DNA of 64,000 nt, from the IMG/VR virus record IMGVR_UViG_3300016471_001099, positions 1-64,000 of that record. One strand, 5' to 3'. Of the stretch, positions 30,521-39,712 are shown in pieces; position 1 is the stretch's first letter, and every line of letters starts with the position of its first letter. Under the pieces are notes generated by a model. That model was not told where the DNA came from. It was given only the letters and a program-made list of their open reading frames with translations, and searched no databases. Source of the DNA: a virus. Made by a program: the position numbers and the translations under genes.

Positions 30521-31380
30521 TATCTGGCGATCCTTCTTCGCTTGTAGGACTTGAGCGCCATGAGCTCCTTCTCCATGAATCCCGTCTCCATTACCGCCAC
30601 GCCGCGGGTAGTCAGGTCCTTGACGCCGACGGTGTCGTCGTGCATGTTTTGCATCTCCCTGGTGGCGGCCCTGAGGATCATCAACTTGAAAATTTTATGT
30701 TGATCGCCGTCCATGCCTCCGGAATACTCGACGGTTATCACGTCGTTCGGAAAAGCCGCGTACAACTCGAGTCCCCAAGTCATTACCTTGTAGTCGCTCC
30801 CGGTTGCCTCGGCCTTGCCTCCGCTTGAATACGTCCCTCCGTCGACGTCGTGTTTGACGGTGAAGGATTCGTCGGTTACCGAAATTATCTGTTTGTTTTG
30901 GAAATCAAACTCGGACGGCGACGCTCCGAAAACTTTTGCGTATTGTCCGACAACGAAATCGTTTTCCGCGTCGTATACGACGTTTTCCCCGGAGACGGTT
31001 GCTCCGGTAACCGTGGCCTCCCTTTTCATTGCCTCGGCCAAGGACTTTGACGCAAGGGCGTTGTTTCTGACCGAAACCGAAGTGACCGAAACGACCGGGG
31101 TATTCCTCAGGGGGACCATGATCGGCGCCTGAACGTAATGCCTGAGTGGATCGGACGTTGAGTCCAAACTTCTGTCGTACATGTATCCGGTTTGCGGAGT
31201 TCCGAATTCGTAGGAAGGTATCACGTGGTCCTCCACGAATTCGTCCACTTCCACCGGTCTTCCGAGGAACGCCTCTAACTCGCTTTGCAGGCCTTCGAGT
31301 ATCATTTCGGCGGCGTCCACCTGCCTGTTGCTCAGGCTGATGTCCATGTAAGTTCTGAGATCCGCGACGGTCACCAACAT
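30520..31380 (-). CDS. Head-tail adaptor
   Basis: 286 aa. LVTVADLRTY...AAEMILEG...VEYSGG...LKSYKRRR. Confidence 0.7.
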   Translation of the reverse strand: MLVTVADLRTYMDISLSNRQVDAAEMILEGLQSELEAFLGRPVEVDEFVEDHVIPSYEFGTPQTGYMYDRSLDSTSDPLRHYVQAPIMVPLRNTPVVSVTSVSVRNNALASKSLAEAMKREATVTGATVSGENVVYDAENDFVVGQYAKVFGASPSEFDFQNKQIISVTDESFTVKHDVDGGTYSSGGKAEATGSDYKVMTWGLELYAAFPNDVITVEYSGGMDGDQHKIFKLMILRAATREMQNMHDDTVGVKDLTTRGVAVMETGFMEKELMALKSYKRRRIAR

Positions 31381-31389
31381 GTTCGCGCC

Positions 31390-31767
31390 TTACTCTCTTC
31401 CGCGCAGGCGCCTCAGAGCCTCCCTGGCAGCGTTGCGTGCCGTTCCTCCGCGATTTCTTCTTCCGGCGGCGGACAATGCGTCAGCCAACCTGTTGGTTAT
31501 CGACCTTATGGCCCTTCTTATGAGACCCGGTCTGGCAGTTTGCTCGGCCGGAGTGGTTGGTTGCGGAATGATCGCCTCGGCCGCCCTGGCAGCCAAAGTG
31601 GAGGGGGTGTCGTCGGCCCTGACCGCAGGCATCGGCATTGCTCCTGGCAACGTTGACGGAAGTATGGTCCCGGCTTGACGCATCTCGGCGAGAACCCTTC
31701 GCAGTTCCTGGGCAAGCTTTCTCTGCGCTGTGGGGCTACCGGCAAAAAGAACTATTTTTGGCGCCAT
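31390..31767 (-). CDS. Arg/Ala-rich basic hypothetical protein
   Basis: 125 aa from MAPKIV, with GGAGA upstream. Confidence 0.55.
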   Translation of the reverse strand: MAPKIVLFAGSPTAQRKLAQELRRVLAEMRQAGTILPSTLPGAMPMPAVRADDTPSTLAARAAEAIIPQPTTPAEQTARPGLIRRAIRSITNRLADALSAAGRRNRGGTARNAAREALRRLRGRE

Positions 31768-31829
31768 GGAGTTCTCCGATTGTGGGACTACGAGAATTTT
31801 ACAACGTAGTCGGTCCCGAGTGGGGAGAA

Positions 31830-32381
31830 TCACCCGTCGGCGTTCGGGGGTCTCTCTATTTTCGGGCGCTCGTCCTGTTTTGCTTCTATCGGAACCCACG
31901 CCCTTGAATATGTATGCTCCGACACCTTTCTCATTTTCATGAGAGATCCGTCTATCAGGACTTGGAATTCTTCGGACGTCATTCCGAGAGTCTGCATGAG
32001 GGAATTGGCGTCGTACGACCCGGAATTGACTATGGTTCTTATGAGTTTTGAGAGCCTGGCGTTGAGTATCTCCCCCTTGGCCCTGTTCAGCGTCACGTGC
32101 ATTATCATCGCTTCGACGTCGGAAAGATTGGATAGCAGGACGACGGGAACGAAAATACCGTCCACGAGCAATTCCCTATTGGCCGAAGATATGGCGACCC
32201 TTTCGTGGCCGTCCACTATCTTTACCTGTTCCTTTCCGTAGGCAACTATCGGCGACAGCCACCCGTACCTCTTTAGCGACGCGGCCAAAAGGCGGAGGTC
32301 CTGTTTTACTATATAGGTTGACCTCCAAGGCGACGGGGTCAGCGAATCGATCTCGATCAATTTAGTTTCGTTGCTACTCAT
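31830..32381 (-). CDS. IbrB/YbdM-like ParB-N protein
   Basis: 183 aa. GWLSPIV...IVDGHER...NRAKGE...LGMTSEE...YSRAWVP. Confidence 0.8.
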   Translation of the reverse strand: MSSNETKLIEIDSLTPSPWRSTYIVKQDLRLLAASLKRYGWLSPIVAYGKEQVKIVDGHERVAISSANRELLVDGIFVPVVLLSNLSDVEAMIMHVTLNRAKGEILNARLSKLIRTIVNSGSYDANSLMQTLGMTSEEFQVLIDGSLMKMRKVSEHTYSRAWVPIEAKQDERPKIERPPNADG

Positions 32382-33504
32382 TTTCTTTATCCGCGTTTTC
32401 TCTAATGGATATTCCGTAAGCCTTCGTCCCCGGCCCCATCGGAGTGGGCGACACGGCGGAGAACTCGTTCAAGAGGAGCGTCCTTATCAACCAATGTATC
32501 GGGTAGCTCTTCGGGTCGTTCCTCATCTTCATCCTAAACTTCGCCGCGAAAGACATAGCGTATTGTCTATGCGATTCGTCGATCATGTTGTCGTCTATGC
32601 AGGCTTTGACCCCGTCCCAACCGTACCTGGAATAATCCATTATTAGTTTCTCCACGTCGTAATCGACCCACAATCTCCTTTGCGCGTCTATCATCGGCCA
32701 CACTCGTTGAAGCTGATCGAAAAAAAATGGTTCCGTTGCCAGTAGGTCTTTCATCCTTCTCGCCGCGGTCGAATACAAAGGCGACCCCACTCTGGTGTTG
32801 GAGCCCGTCATGGCGGCGGCATCGTAATACTCGCAGTATTCGCCTCCGTGTTCCTCAACGACGAATTTCAGCACGTCGTCTGTCGTCCAGTCGTAAATTA
32901 CCTTGGCGAGCCTGAGCGGAAGGTTTCTCGGAGCCCTGTACGGAACGACTATGTAGTTCTCGTGCAGTTTCTGCACGAGCGACCTGTACCTGACCATCGA
33001 TTCGTTGGCCCTGACGCCCGTTATGAAGGCAGTCCTCCCCTTTTTGCCCTGCATCGTCCAGTGATCCATGTCGCCCATGTGCTCTTCCCTGCTGAGCCCG
33101 AACGATTCGGCGCTTATGGCGAACGGTGGCATGGGGCGAACGAGCCGCCCTTCGTCCTCCCTTTTTTTGGACCACGCAATTTCCGTCGTTCTTTTTCCCA
33201 TTGACCAGACTTCCATCCCCACCGAAAGGCAGTACCACTCCATGTCGACCCAGTCGTAGTTGCGAACCTTTTCCACGAAATCGATGACCATCGGGCTGAC
33301 GACTTCGTCGTCCCTAAATATCGTCTTCACCGGGCCGAGTCCGCGCTCGTCGTGAACTTCTTTGGCCAAGTAGAGAACCGCAGTCGAATCTTTGCCACCA
33401 GAAAATTGAACGCAAACGGTGTCGAACGTGTCGTACACGTGCCTGATTCTTTTTCTGGCCGCGTCAACGCAGCTCATGTCGAGATAGAGGCGTTTTCTCG
33501 GCAT
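32374..33504 (-). CDS. IbrA/YbdN-like PAPS-reductase-fold PP-loop protein
   Basis: 376 aa. FSGGKDS, WYCL, GVRANES..R, IYDWT..DV. Confidence 0.85.
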   Translation of the reverse strand: MPRKRLYLDMSCVDAARKRIRHVYDTFDTVCVQFSGGKDSTAVLYLAKEVHDERGLGPVKTIFRDDEVVSPMVIDFVEKVRNYDWVDMEWYCLSVGMEVWSMGKRTTEIAWSKKREDEGRLVRPMPPFAISAESFGLSREEHMGDMDHWTMQGKKGRTAFITGVRANESMVRYRSLVQKLHENYIVVPYRAPRNLPLRLAKVIYDWTTDDVLKFVVEEHGGEYCEYYDAAAMTGSNTRVGSPLYSTAARRMKDLLATEPFFFDQLQRVWPMIDAQRRLWVDYDVEKLIMDYSRYGWDGVKACIDDNMIDESHRQYAMSFAAKFRMKMRNDPKSYPIHWLIRTLLLNEFSAVSPTPMGPGTKAYGISIRENADKENE

Positions 33505-34289
33505 TAAAAGTCGGCGTTCGAATCTATGAAATCGATCAATTTTGACGCAGTAGTCTCACCGACGTAGGCCGGATCGTTTCGCAAATACCTAACGAAATCG
33601 TACCAACGTTTTTGCTGGTCGGCGTCGTCGAAAACCAGCGTGTACTGGACGACGGCTCGCTCCCCGCCCCTCACTCCGACGGCGACGCTTCCCCTGGTTA
33701 TCGCGTCTTCTCTGTCTACTTTTTCGGTGGCGACGTAATTGACCTCGTCTTTTTCGTTTACCTCCTCGAGCACGTTTTCCTCGATTGCGTTCTCGAAGGG
33801 GTTGACGATTACGGCGGGGGTGTAGCCGCCCCTGTTGTCGTTCCTCTCGTTCACAAATATGTCCGTGGAGAGCGAAGCAACCTCGAACTCGTCCCAACCG
33901 AGGCCGAGGAGAAGATCCTGATAGTCGGACGATATTTGCGACATCAACTCGAGAACCACCTCCTGGTCCGTGTTGCCCAACTCGGTCGTCCTGTTGTCGG
34001 CGAGAGCGAATGCGTGACCCCTGTTTTCGTCGACCTCGTATACGATCGCGGCTATTTTTTTCCAGCCGAGTTTCTTGGCGGCGATGAGCTGATGGTTTCC
34101 GGCTATGACGGAATAAGTTCCGTCTCCCTTCGGCATTACGACGATCGGCTTTACCTGTCCGAACTCCCTGTAGGAGGCCACTATTGCCTCCACGTTGCCA
34201 ATTCTCGGATTCTTCTCGAGGTGTTTTAGGAGATCTACGTCGATCGCAAGATTGGCTATCGACGGATGAATGTTCCCGGATTCGGTCAT
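33504..34289 (-). CDS. ParB-N domain protein
   Basis: 261 aa from MTESG (ATGA overlap). KNPRIGNV...SYREFGQVKPIV...IAGNHQL.AAKKLGW...ALADNRTTE. Confidence 0.8.
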   Translation of the reverse strand: MTESGNIHPSIANLAIDVDLLKHLEKNPRIGNVEAIVASYREFGQVKPIVVMPKGDGTYSVIAGNHQLIAAKKLGWKKIAAIVYEVDENRGHAFALADNRTTELGNTDQEVVLELMSQISSDYQDLLLGLGWDEFEVASLSTDIFVNERNDNRGGYTPAVIVNPFENAIEENVLEEVNEKDEVNYVATEKVDREDAITRGSVAVGVRGGERAVVQYTLVFDDADQQKRWYDFVRYLRNDPAYVGETTASKLIDFIDSNADF

Positions 34290-34624
34290 ACCTGCGCCCT
34301 CACGTTGGCGTTCAGCGTCCTCAATGCGTCTATGGAGGTTCTCAGCGACAGAAGTTTTTCTCTTTTGGCTTTTACGAGGGCCTCGGAAATTTTGTAGTCG
34401 TAGTTTTCTTCGTTCATTTGGTAGTCGGCCCATGCCTCGCGTTCCTTGATGGATCCCTTTGCGGAGAGATACGACTTGGCCCAGTCCGCTTTGTACTTGG
34501 CCTCCTTCTTGGCGGCGTCGGTGGAGAGCGTTTCGAAAGCCTCCGTTTCGCTCTCCAACAAATCCATGAGTCGCAGGAGCTCTTCTTCTACCTCGACCTG
34601 ACTAATCGGCGTACTGCGAGTCAC
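34286..34624 (-). CDS. Helical hypothetical protein (weakly UvsY-like)
   Basis: 112 aa coiled-coil; lies within the recombination genes. Confidence 0.6.
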   Translation of the reverse strand: MTRSTPISQVEVEEELLRLMDLLESETEAFETLSTDAAKKEAKYKADWAKSYLSAKGSIKEREAWADYQMNEENYDYKISEALVKAKREKLLSLRTSIDALRTLNANVRAQV

Positions 34625-35162
34625 TGCATTTTCCTTTGTAATTTTCTATCGGGGACCAATCAACTCCGTCGGCGACGGCGCGACTTGCTTCCGGCCAATC
34701 GTATCTCGGACTACCCCATTTAATCAATGCCATTTCCTCGAGTATCCAAGCGTCGCACACGTCGTCGGCCCCCGGGCCGGACCATATGATCCCGGTTCTC
34801 GCCGAGACGGCCGACACGACCTCGCTTTTGGAGGAATTTCCTTTGCCGGTGGCGAATTTGGCTCTCGCCGTTGGCGCTATCTCGGCGAAAGGAATGTTAT
34901 TCGAGCACAGAACGTACCTCACGACGCCACCGAGTTCGCCTATGGAAAAGGCCTGTCCCGACCTGGCGGCGAAAGCGTACCCCTCTATCACTACTGCGTT
35001 CACCTTGTGAAAGCGCACCAACTCCATTATCTGCGCCGAAATATCCACAAGTCTTTGGGTTCCCTTGCTTTTGGGAATTATCGCCCCGCGCGATTCTTGC
35101 ACCGACCAGCCCGTGGACGATAGGGACAGGTCCAACCCCATGAAAGTTTTCTTTTTTTCCAC
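34602..35162 (-). CDS. ruvC: RuvC-like Holliday junction resolvase
   Basis: GLDLSLSSTG, VVIEGYAF, GELGGVV, DDVCDA (D/E/D/D catalytic pattern). Confidence 0.85.
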   Translation of the reverse strand: MEKKKTFMGLDLSLSSTGWSVQESRGAIIPKSKGTQRLVDISAQIMELVRFHKVNAVVIEGYAFAARSGQAFSIGELGGVVRYVLCSNNIPFAEIAPTARAKFATGKGNSSKSEVVSAVSARTGIIWSGPGADDVCDAWILEEMALIKWGSPRYDWPEASRAVADGVDWSPIENYKGKCSDSQYAD

Positions 35163-35174
35163 GAACGAAAGCTA

Positions 35175-35250
35175 CCGCGTTTGACGGGCAGCCCCCGGGG
35201 CCTGCACTCCCCGGGGGCCAGGCGCCCGAATGGGGCTGCACCCGTCGCGG
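35175..35250 (-). ncRNA. Candidate structured RNA or leader upstream of ruvC
   Basis: Nested complementary arms: ccgcg/cgcgg, gacggg/cccgtc, gcagcccc/ggggctgc. TACAAT lies at 35302-35307 on the minus strand. Confidence 0.35.
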
Positions 35251-35340
35251 AATTAACCGCCAGATCGGATCACCCCCTCCCTTGTCGAGTTACCTGCCAC
35301 GATTGTATCTTCGTAGCTAATACTAAAAAGGGTAATAGTT

Positions 35341-35751
35341 TTACGATTTGTTTCTTTTCCATCCCTCGGCCGCGAGGCCGAGCTCGAAAGCTTTTTTCGG
35401 GTACTTTCCTATCCTCTCGTGGCACGGACGACACACTGCCATGAGATTTTTTTCGTCGAGTATTGAGCCGCCCTGGGATCTGCGTATCAATTCGTGAACG
35501 TCCTGCGAAGGTTTTCTTATGTAGGAGACCTTACCGTCGTCGGCGGCGAAGACGGGGCATGCCTCGCACCATTTTCTTTCCGCAAGAATTTTTTCGACTA
35601 GCTTTCTTCTCTCTGCGTACTTAGCTTCCGTTTTTTTCGAACGAGGTTTCAGTTTCGTCCGCTTCTTCGGGCCTGCCGAGCCTTTCGAAAGCCCAGACCC
35701 CCTCGAGGGCTTTGTAGAGCGCTTCATCGGCCGGCGTCGTCTCAATGTCAT
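35341..35751 (-). CDS. HNH endonuclease
   Basis: CEAC...DVHELIRRSQGG...NLMAVCRPCH; basic N-terminus. Confidence 0.8.
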   Translation of the reverse strand: MTLRRRRPMKRSTKPSRGSGLSKGSAGPKKRTKLKPRSKKTEAKYAERRKLVEKILAERKWCEACPVFAADDGKVSYIRKPSQDVHELIRRSQGGSILDEKNLMAVCRPCHERIGKYPKKAFELGLAAEGWKRNKS

Positions 35752-36175
35752 ATCTCAAAAGATACATCCTGTGGGCTTCTATGGCGTCTCTGCACAAGGA
35801 GAAAAGTTTTTCCTCGTCTGCGCCGACGGCTTTTTGGAGGGAGATCATCCCGGCCACGTCGGAAACTCTCTTGACGACGTGAAACTTGAATCTCTCCGCC
35901 TTGTTTATCTTGTTCTCGTAGTACATTTTTGCCTCGGCGCCGAGTTTTATGCCGTCTTCGCCGAGGCCGGAATAGCGAGCCTCGTCGGCGATCATGTCCT
36001 GCGTGGAGTTTTCTATTTGTCCGTTGAGGTTGTCGAGCAACGCGTTTAGCGCACGCATCCACCTATCGAGGTTTTCGGGCTGGCAAAGAAACTGCCTGTG
36101 CTCTTCGGAGGCCTTGTTTTTCACCTCCTGGGCGACCATATGCGCGAATGCGTCGTCGCTTATGTAGTGGCTCAT
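35621..36175 (-). CDS. Hypothetical protein
   Basis: 184 aa from MSHYIS (ATGA overlap); overlaps the HNH gene by 131 nt. Confidence 0.6.
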   Translation of the reverse strand: MSHYISDDAFAHMVAQEVKNKASEEHRQFLCQPENLDRWMRALNALLDNLNGQIENSTQDMIADEARYSGLGEDGIKLGAEAKMYYENKINKAERFKFHVVKRVSDVAGMISLQKAVGADEEKLFSLCRDAIEAHRMYLLRYDIETTPADEALYKALEGVWAFERLGRPEEADETETSFEKNGS

Positions 36176-36957
36176 CGTTTTTCCTTTCTCCAATATTCGC
36201 ATATGGTTTCCTTGAAATAGCACCAATTGCACAACTTCGTAGGTATGGCGGGCCATTCGTCGGCGCCGAAAGACTTGACGATGGAGTCGTACGTTTCGGT
36301 TACCAGCTTGTACACGGAGTCAAGTTGCGATTCGTCCACCGTCCTGATGAATCTTTTTCCGTCCTTCAGGTACAACAATTCGACCGAGGATATTTTTTGA
36401 TCGGTTATTTGCGGGAGCAGGGTCGCGTAAATCATGAGCTGGACGAACTTGTCGTCCACGTACGGTTCCCTCGGCGTCTTGCCCGTCTTGTAGTCGGATA
36501 TTTTCACCGAACCGTTCTCGGCGAACCATCTGTCAATGTAACCTTTCACCCTCACGTCTCGTATTTTTCCGTCAAGTTCCGTCTCGACGCCGCCAACCTC
36601 TATCGTCGTCGGATCCTCTACGCTGAACACGTTCTCTAGGCACCACCACGCCGACCACCGAAATTTTTGAGCCTCCTTGTCGGGAACGAAACCCTTGATT
36701 CTTTCGGCCCAATTTCCGTCGGTCCAAACCGAAGTGCTCAACGAGCGCAGGGAAGACACGGTTCTTTCCCGTGGCGCCAGAAGACCGTAGAAGGACTCCA
36801 GGACGTCGTGCACGAAATTGCCGAGCAGTGTCGCCTGCGTCGGCGGTTCGGAAATTTTGTTGACCCTCGAGTACTTGTACTTAAGGGGACACTGGGAATA
36901 CGTGGCCAGGGAACTCGGGGAAACGTATTCCGGTAATTCGTAGGGAAGCTGATCCAC
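36172..36957 (-). CDS. Cas4/RecB-like PD-(D/E)XK exonuclease
   Basis: SPSSL...CP..Y, GNFVH, GYID, DYKTGK, QLMIYA, CNWC...C. Confidence 0.88.
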   Translation of the reverse strand: MDQLPYELPEYVSPSSLATYSQCPLKYKYSRVNKISEPPTQATLLGNFVHDVLESFYGLLAPRERTVSSLRSLSTSVWTDGNWAERIKGFVPDKEAQKFRWSAWWCLENVFSVEDPTTIEVGGVETELDGKIRDVRVKGYIDRWFAENGSVKISDYKTGKTPREPYVDDKFVQLMIYATLLPQITDQKISSVELLYLKDGKRFIRTVDESQLDSVYKLVTETYDSIVKSFGADEWPAIPTKLCNWCYFKETICEYWRKEKR

Positions 36958-36966
36958 TGGCGATCG

Positions 36967-37608
36967 CTATTCCGACTTGATTCTATTCACCTCTGCGACG
37001 ATGAACTCGAGGTCCTCGACGGTGACGGTGTCGATCGACTTGGGGACCGGTTCGCCGTTGGTGCGCTCGTTCCACCGCTCCCTCATCTTGTTCTTTTGTT
37101 CGGCGTCCAAGTTCTTTGCGAGAGCTACGAAATTGTTCCAAAGCGAAACTTTCCCGTCCTGAACCGACTCGGCCTCGAGATACTGCTCGGCCTCGATGGC
37201 ATCCTCGCTTCTGGCGAGATAGAGCCCGACGCCGAGCGTCTGCGCCGCCTTCTTCAGGGCATCGGAAATCGCCCCCTTGAATTCGTCGCCAAGATCGAGG
37301 ATTTGACCCTGCTTGGTTCGTTTGATTTTTTGGCCGCCGAAACCGTCGCGCGTGATTGTCTGGAATTCGGTCATGAAGTACTCGATCCGCACGTGGGCCA
37401 CGACGAAATCGGGGTCCGCGGCGTCCCTTTCGCAACGGACGATCGTGAACGACCATTTGTCGACGCCGAGAACCTTGTTGAGTCTGTTGATCACCTCGCT
37501 GACGGGTATGTAGGTGAGGGCCGTTCCGCCCTTGTTCACCGTGCGCTCCATCTCCTGCGGAAAATTCTCCGCGAGGGATGCGTAGAGATTCGTGTTGATG
37601 CCGCTCAT
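36967..37608 (-). CDS. Rad52/Sak-family single-strand annealing protein
   Basis: YIPVSEVINRLNKVLG..KW...KGAISDALKKAA..LGVGLYL. Confidence 0.88.
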   Translation of the reverse strand: MSGINTNLYASLAENFPQEMERTVNKGGTALTYIPVSEVINRLNKVLGVDKWSFTIVRCERDAADPDFVVAHVRIEYFMTEFQTITRDGFGGQKIKRTKQGQILDLGDEFKGAISDALKKAAQTLGVGLYLARSEDAIEAEQYLEAESVQDGKVSLWNNFVALAKNLDAEQKNKMRERWNERTNGEPVPKSIDTVTVEDLEFIVAEVNRIKSE

Positions 37609-38120
37609 TCTTTCGGTCTCCTTACGATGACGCTTGTTTTTGTTTCCTCCGACACCTCGCAGTATTCGTCGGCCGTTACGCCGATCCCGGAGAGCGCCTT
37701 GACCCTCCAGTACGAGGGTTGGAGATACTTGAGCATTTCTTTGCCGACTGTTTCCGGAGTGGCCGTGACTTCGCCGGTGTCAAGGTCGGTGGAGAGTTGC
37801 ACGATTCGTCGTGCGACGACGTCGGCGAGTTCGTCGTGCTTCCAAGATTTTCTGTCGTACGAAGTTTTCTTTTCCAACTTCGTTCCGTCGGAAAGCGTCA
37901 CCTCGGGAAGATCTGCCATTTTCTCGGCGACGACGGAAATCGCCGAGTCGTAAAGAACCGATACCTCCATCTTGAGGCGATTCAATTCGGAGAGATCGGC
38001 GCACGCCTCCTCGACCGTCACCGAATCCGAGGAGAGATTTTTTATCTCGGCGTCTATGGCCATCAATTTTCCGACGACGTCGCTGACGATCGTGGCTATC
38101 TTGCTTGCTTCTTCGGGCAT
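37605..38120 (-). CDS. Hypothetical protein
   Basis: 171 aa, coupled to the annealase gene. Confidence 0.65.
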   Translation of the reverse strand: MPEEASKIATIVSDVVGKLMAIDAEIKNLSSDSVTVEEACADLSELNRLKMEVSVLYDSAISVVAEKMADLPEVTLSDGTKLEKKTSYDRKSWKHDELADVVARRIVQLSTDLDTGEVTATPETVGKEMLKYLQPSYWRVKALSGIGVTADEYCEVSEETKTSVIVRRPKE

Positions 38121-38146
38121 TTGATAGGTACTCCTCGCTAGTTAGT

Positions 38147-39457
38147 TCACACGAGGATAGTGGAAGGTCTCCTGTGAGGCAAGCCCAAACCGGCCAAAAA
38201 CATGTACGCACCGACGGCCGAGTCCACCTGGTCGTCGTGGACCGTGGCCTCGGGGAAAGAGGACAATTCGTCCAACCAATCGGTCATCCACGGGGCCCTG
38301 ACTATGCGGACGTTGCCGTTGGCCGCCGCCGCCGAAAATGGCCTAGCCCTGGTGACTTTGTCGCCGGTCGACCTTATTCCCATGAAGTCGTACCCAGGCA
38401 CGACGTATCTTGAATATTGATCGACCAAGGCCTTGCCGGATGACCCGGGCTCCTGCTCCATCCGCACCGATACCGCGGGCCCGTCTTCCGACGCCGTCTG
38501 GGCCACCAGTTGCTCAACTTTGTCGCCCTTCACCCGAGCCCTCTTCACGTCCAGGACGTAGGCGACTCCGTTCTCGAAAAGCATCAGGGTCCCCACGGTC
38601 CAGTCGGGATCGGGATTGGAACCACTGGGCTCGGTGGCGGCGAGGTCCCAAAATCTGCATGCTCTGGCCGTCGGCCCCATTCTCGGAACTTCGCTCGGGT
38701 CTATGACCACGAACGAGGTTCTGTCGAACATGGTTCCGAGAGTCGTTGCCCACCAGTCTCCCTCCTCGAGTCTCCGTCTTTCCAGGGGGTCCAACGAGGC
38801 GAGGGCTATTCGGTAAGACTCGGCATCGATGCCCGGGTTGTCCGTGAGTTTCGAAGGTACGAAAACCCTCCCCGTGCCCAAGCCCTCCACGATGAACCGT
38901 TGCCTAACCCAATTGGGCGCCGGGTTCGATGCCGCCCTCATTCTCAGGGGAACCTCGGATAGCGGGCCCGACGACGGTCTTCGCAGACGAGAAAACAGGT
39001 ATCGGTAATCGTTTTCCCTTATTTCCGTAACCTCGTCCATGCCCACGAATTGAAATTCGGAACCCTTGTATCTCAGGTAGTCGTTCTGATTGTTGAGATA
39101 TCCGAAAGAGATTCGCGCCCCGGAAGGAAAAGTGGCGACGTAGGTGTTGCTATTCCAGTGAATCTCCTCGTAATTCGATATCCAGCTCCTGAACCTGTCC
39201 ATCAGCGCCCCGGGTAGCGACAGGTCGGCGAACGTGCGCCTGAAAAGAATTGCCGAGTAGCCGGGAACGTCCAGGTACTGCATCGCCGACATCAATAGGG
39301 CGGAGGATTTTCCTCCTCCGGCGGCTCCGCCGAACAGACCCTCGAGGCAATTCGTCCTTAAAAACACTTTTTGCGTTAGGGATGGCTCTTCCGGGCAAAA
39401 CAAGGGTTTTTTGGGCTGGAGCCAGTCCAGCACCTTTTCCCAGTTTGTTTCTTCCAT
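38147..39457 (-). CDS. terL: Terminase large subunit
   Basis: GGAAGGGKS Walker A, VGMDE Walker B, ASNP motif III, WDLA and HDDQVD nuclease motifs. Confidence 0.95.
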   Translation of the reverse strand: MEETNWEKVLDWLQPKKPLFCPEEPSLTQKVFLRTNCLEGLFGGAAGGGKSSALLMSAMQYLDVPGYSAILFRRTFADLSLPGALMDRFRSWISNYEEIHWNSNTYVATFPSGARISFGYLNNQNDYLRYKGSEFQFVGMDEVTEIRENDYRYLFSRLRRPSSGPLSEVPLRMRAASNPAPNWVRQRFIVEGLGTGRVFVPSKLTDNPGIDAESYRIALASLDPLERRRLEEGDWWATTLGTMFDRTSFVVIDPSEVPRMGPTARACRFWDLAATEPSGSNPDPDWTVGTLMLFENGVAYVLDVKRARVKGDKVEQLVAQTASEDGPAVSVRMEQEPGSSGKALVDQYSRYVVPGYDFMGIRSTGDKVTRARPFSAAAANGNVRIVRAPWMTDWLDELSSFPEATVHDDQVDSAVGAYMFLAGLGLPHRRPSTILV

Positions 39458-39485
39458 TTTCTCTCCGAGCCGTGTTTCGTACTAG

Positions 39486-39491
39486 ATTATA
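39486..39491 (-). promoter_or_regulatory. TATAAT -10 box for the terminase operon
   Basis: Perfect hexamer about 29 nt upstream of the terL ATG, in the divergent intergenic gap. Confidence 0.55.
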
Positions 39492-39523
39492 CGCATCGTA
39501 AAAATAAACGGGGACGGATCAGC

Positions 39524-39703
39524 GTGGATAAATTAAAATTAGTCTTCAGTAAATTGACCACCAGACAAGCAGTCGCCAACATGTTGATGTCTTCATTTAT
39601 ACTGTTTACGGCGATAGGAACTTTTTTGATCAACCCGGCACTCGGCTTCATAGTATTCGGAGTCGCGGCCGGGGCGGTCGGTTATTTGCTCGGACTGGAG
39701 TAA
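39524..39703 (+). CDS. 59-aa two-TM membrane protein upstream of portal (DUF1056-like position)
   Basis: Not in the track. GTG start; MDKLKLVF...FILFTAIGTFLINPALGFIVFGVAAGAVGYLLGLE*. Confidence 0.7.
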   Translation: MDKLKLVFSKLTTRQAVANMLMSSFILFTAIGTFLINPALGFIVFGVAAGAVGYLLGLE

Positions 39704-39712
39704 CTCAACTAA

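Noticed and set aside
29172-34433. ORF-track starts for 29172..30182, 31390..31899 and 33504..34433
   Set aside because: The extensions overlap real genes. Downstream ATGs (29792, 31767, 34289) have coupling or RBS support.
36172-36957. CRISPR-Cas system implied by the Cas4-like gene
   Set aside because: No cas1/cas2 or array; its pairing with the annealase indicates a recombination exonuclease.
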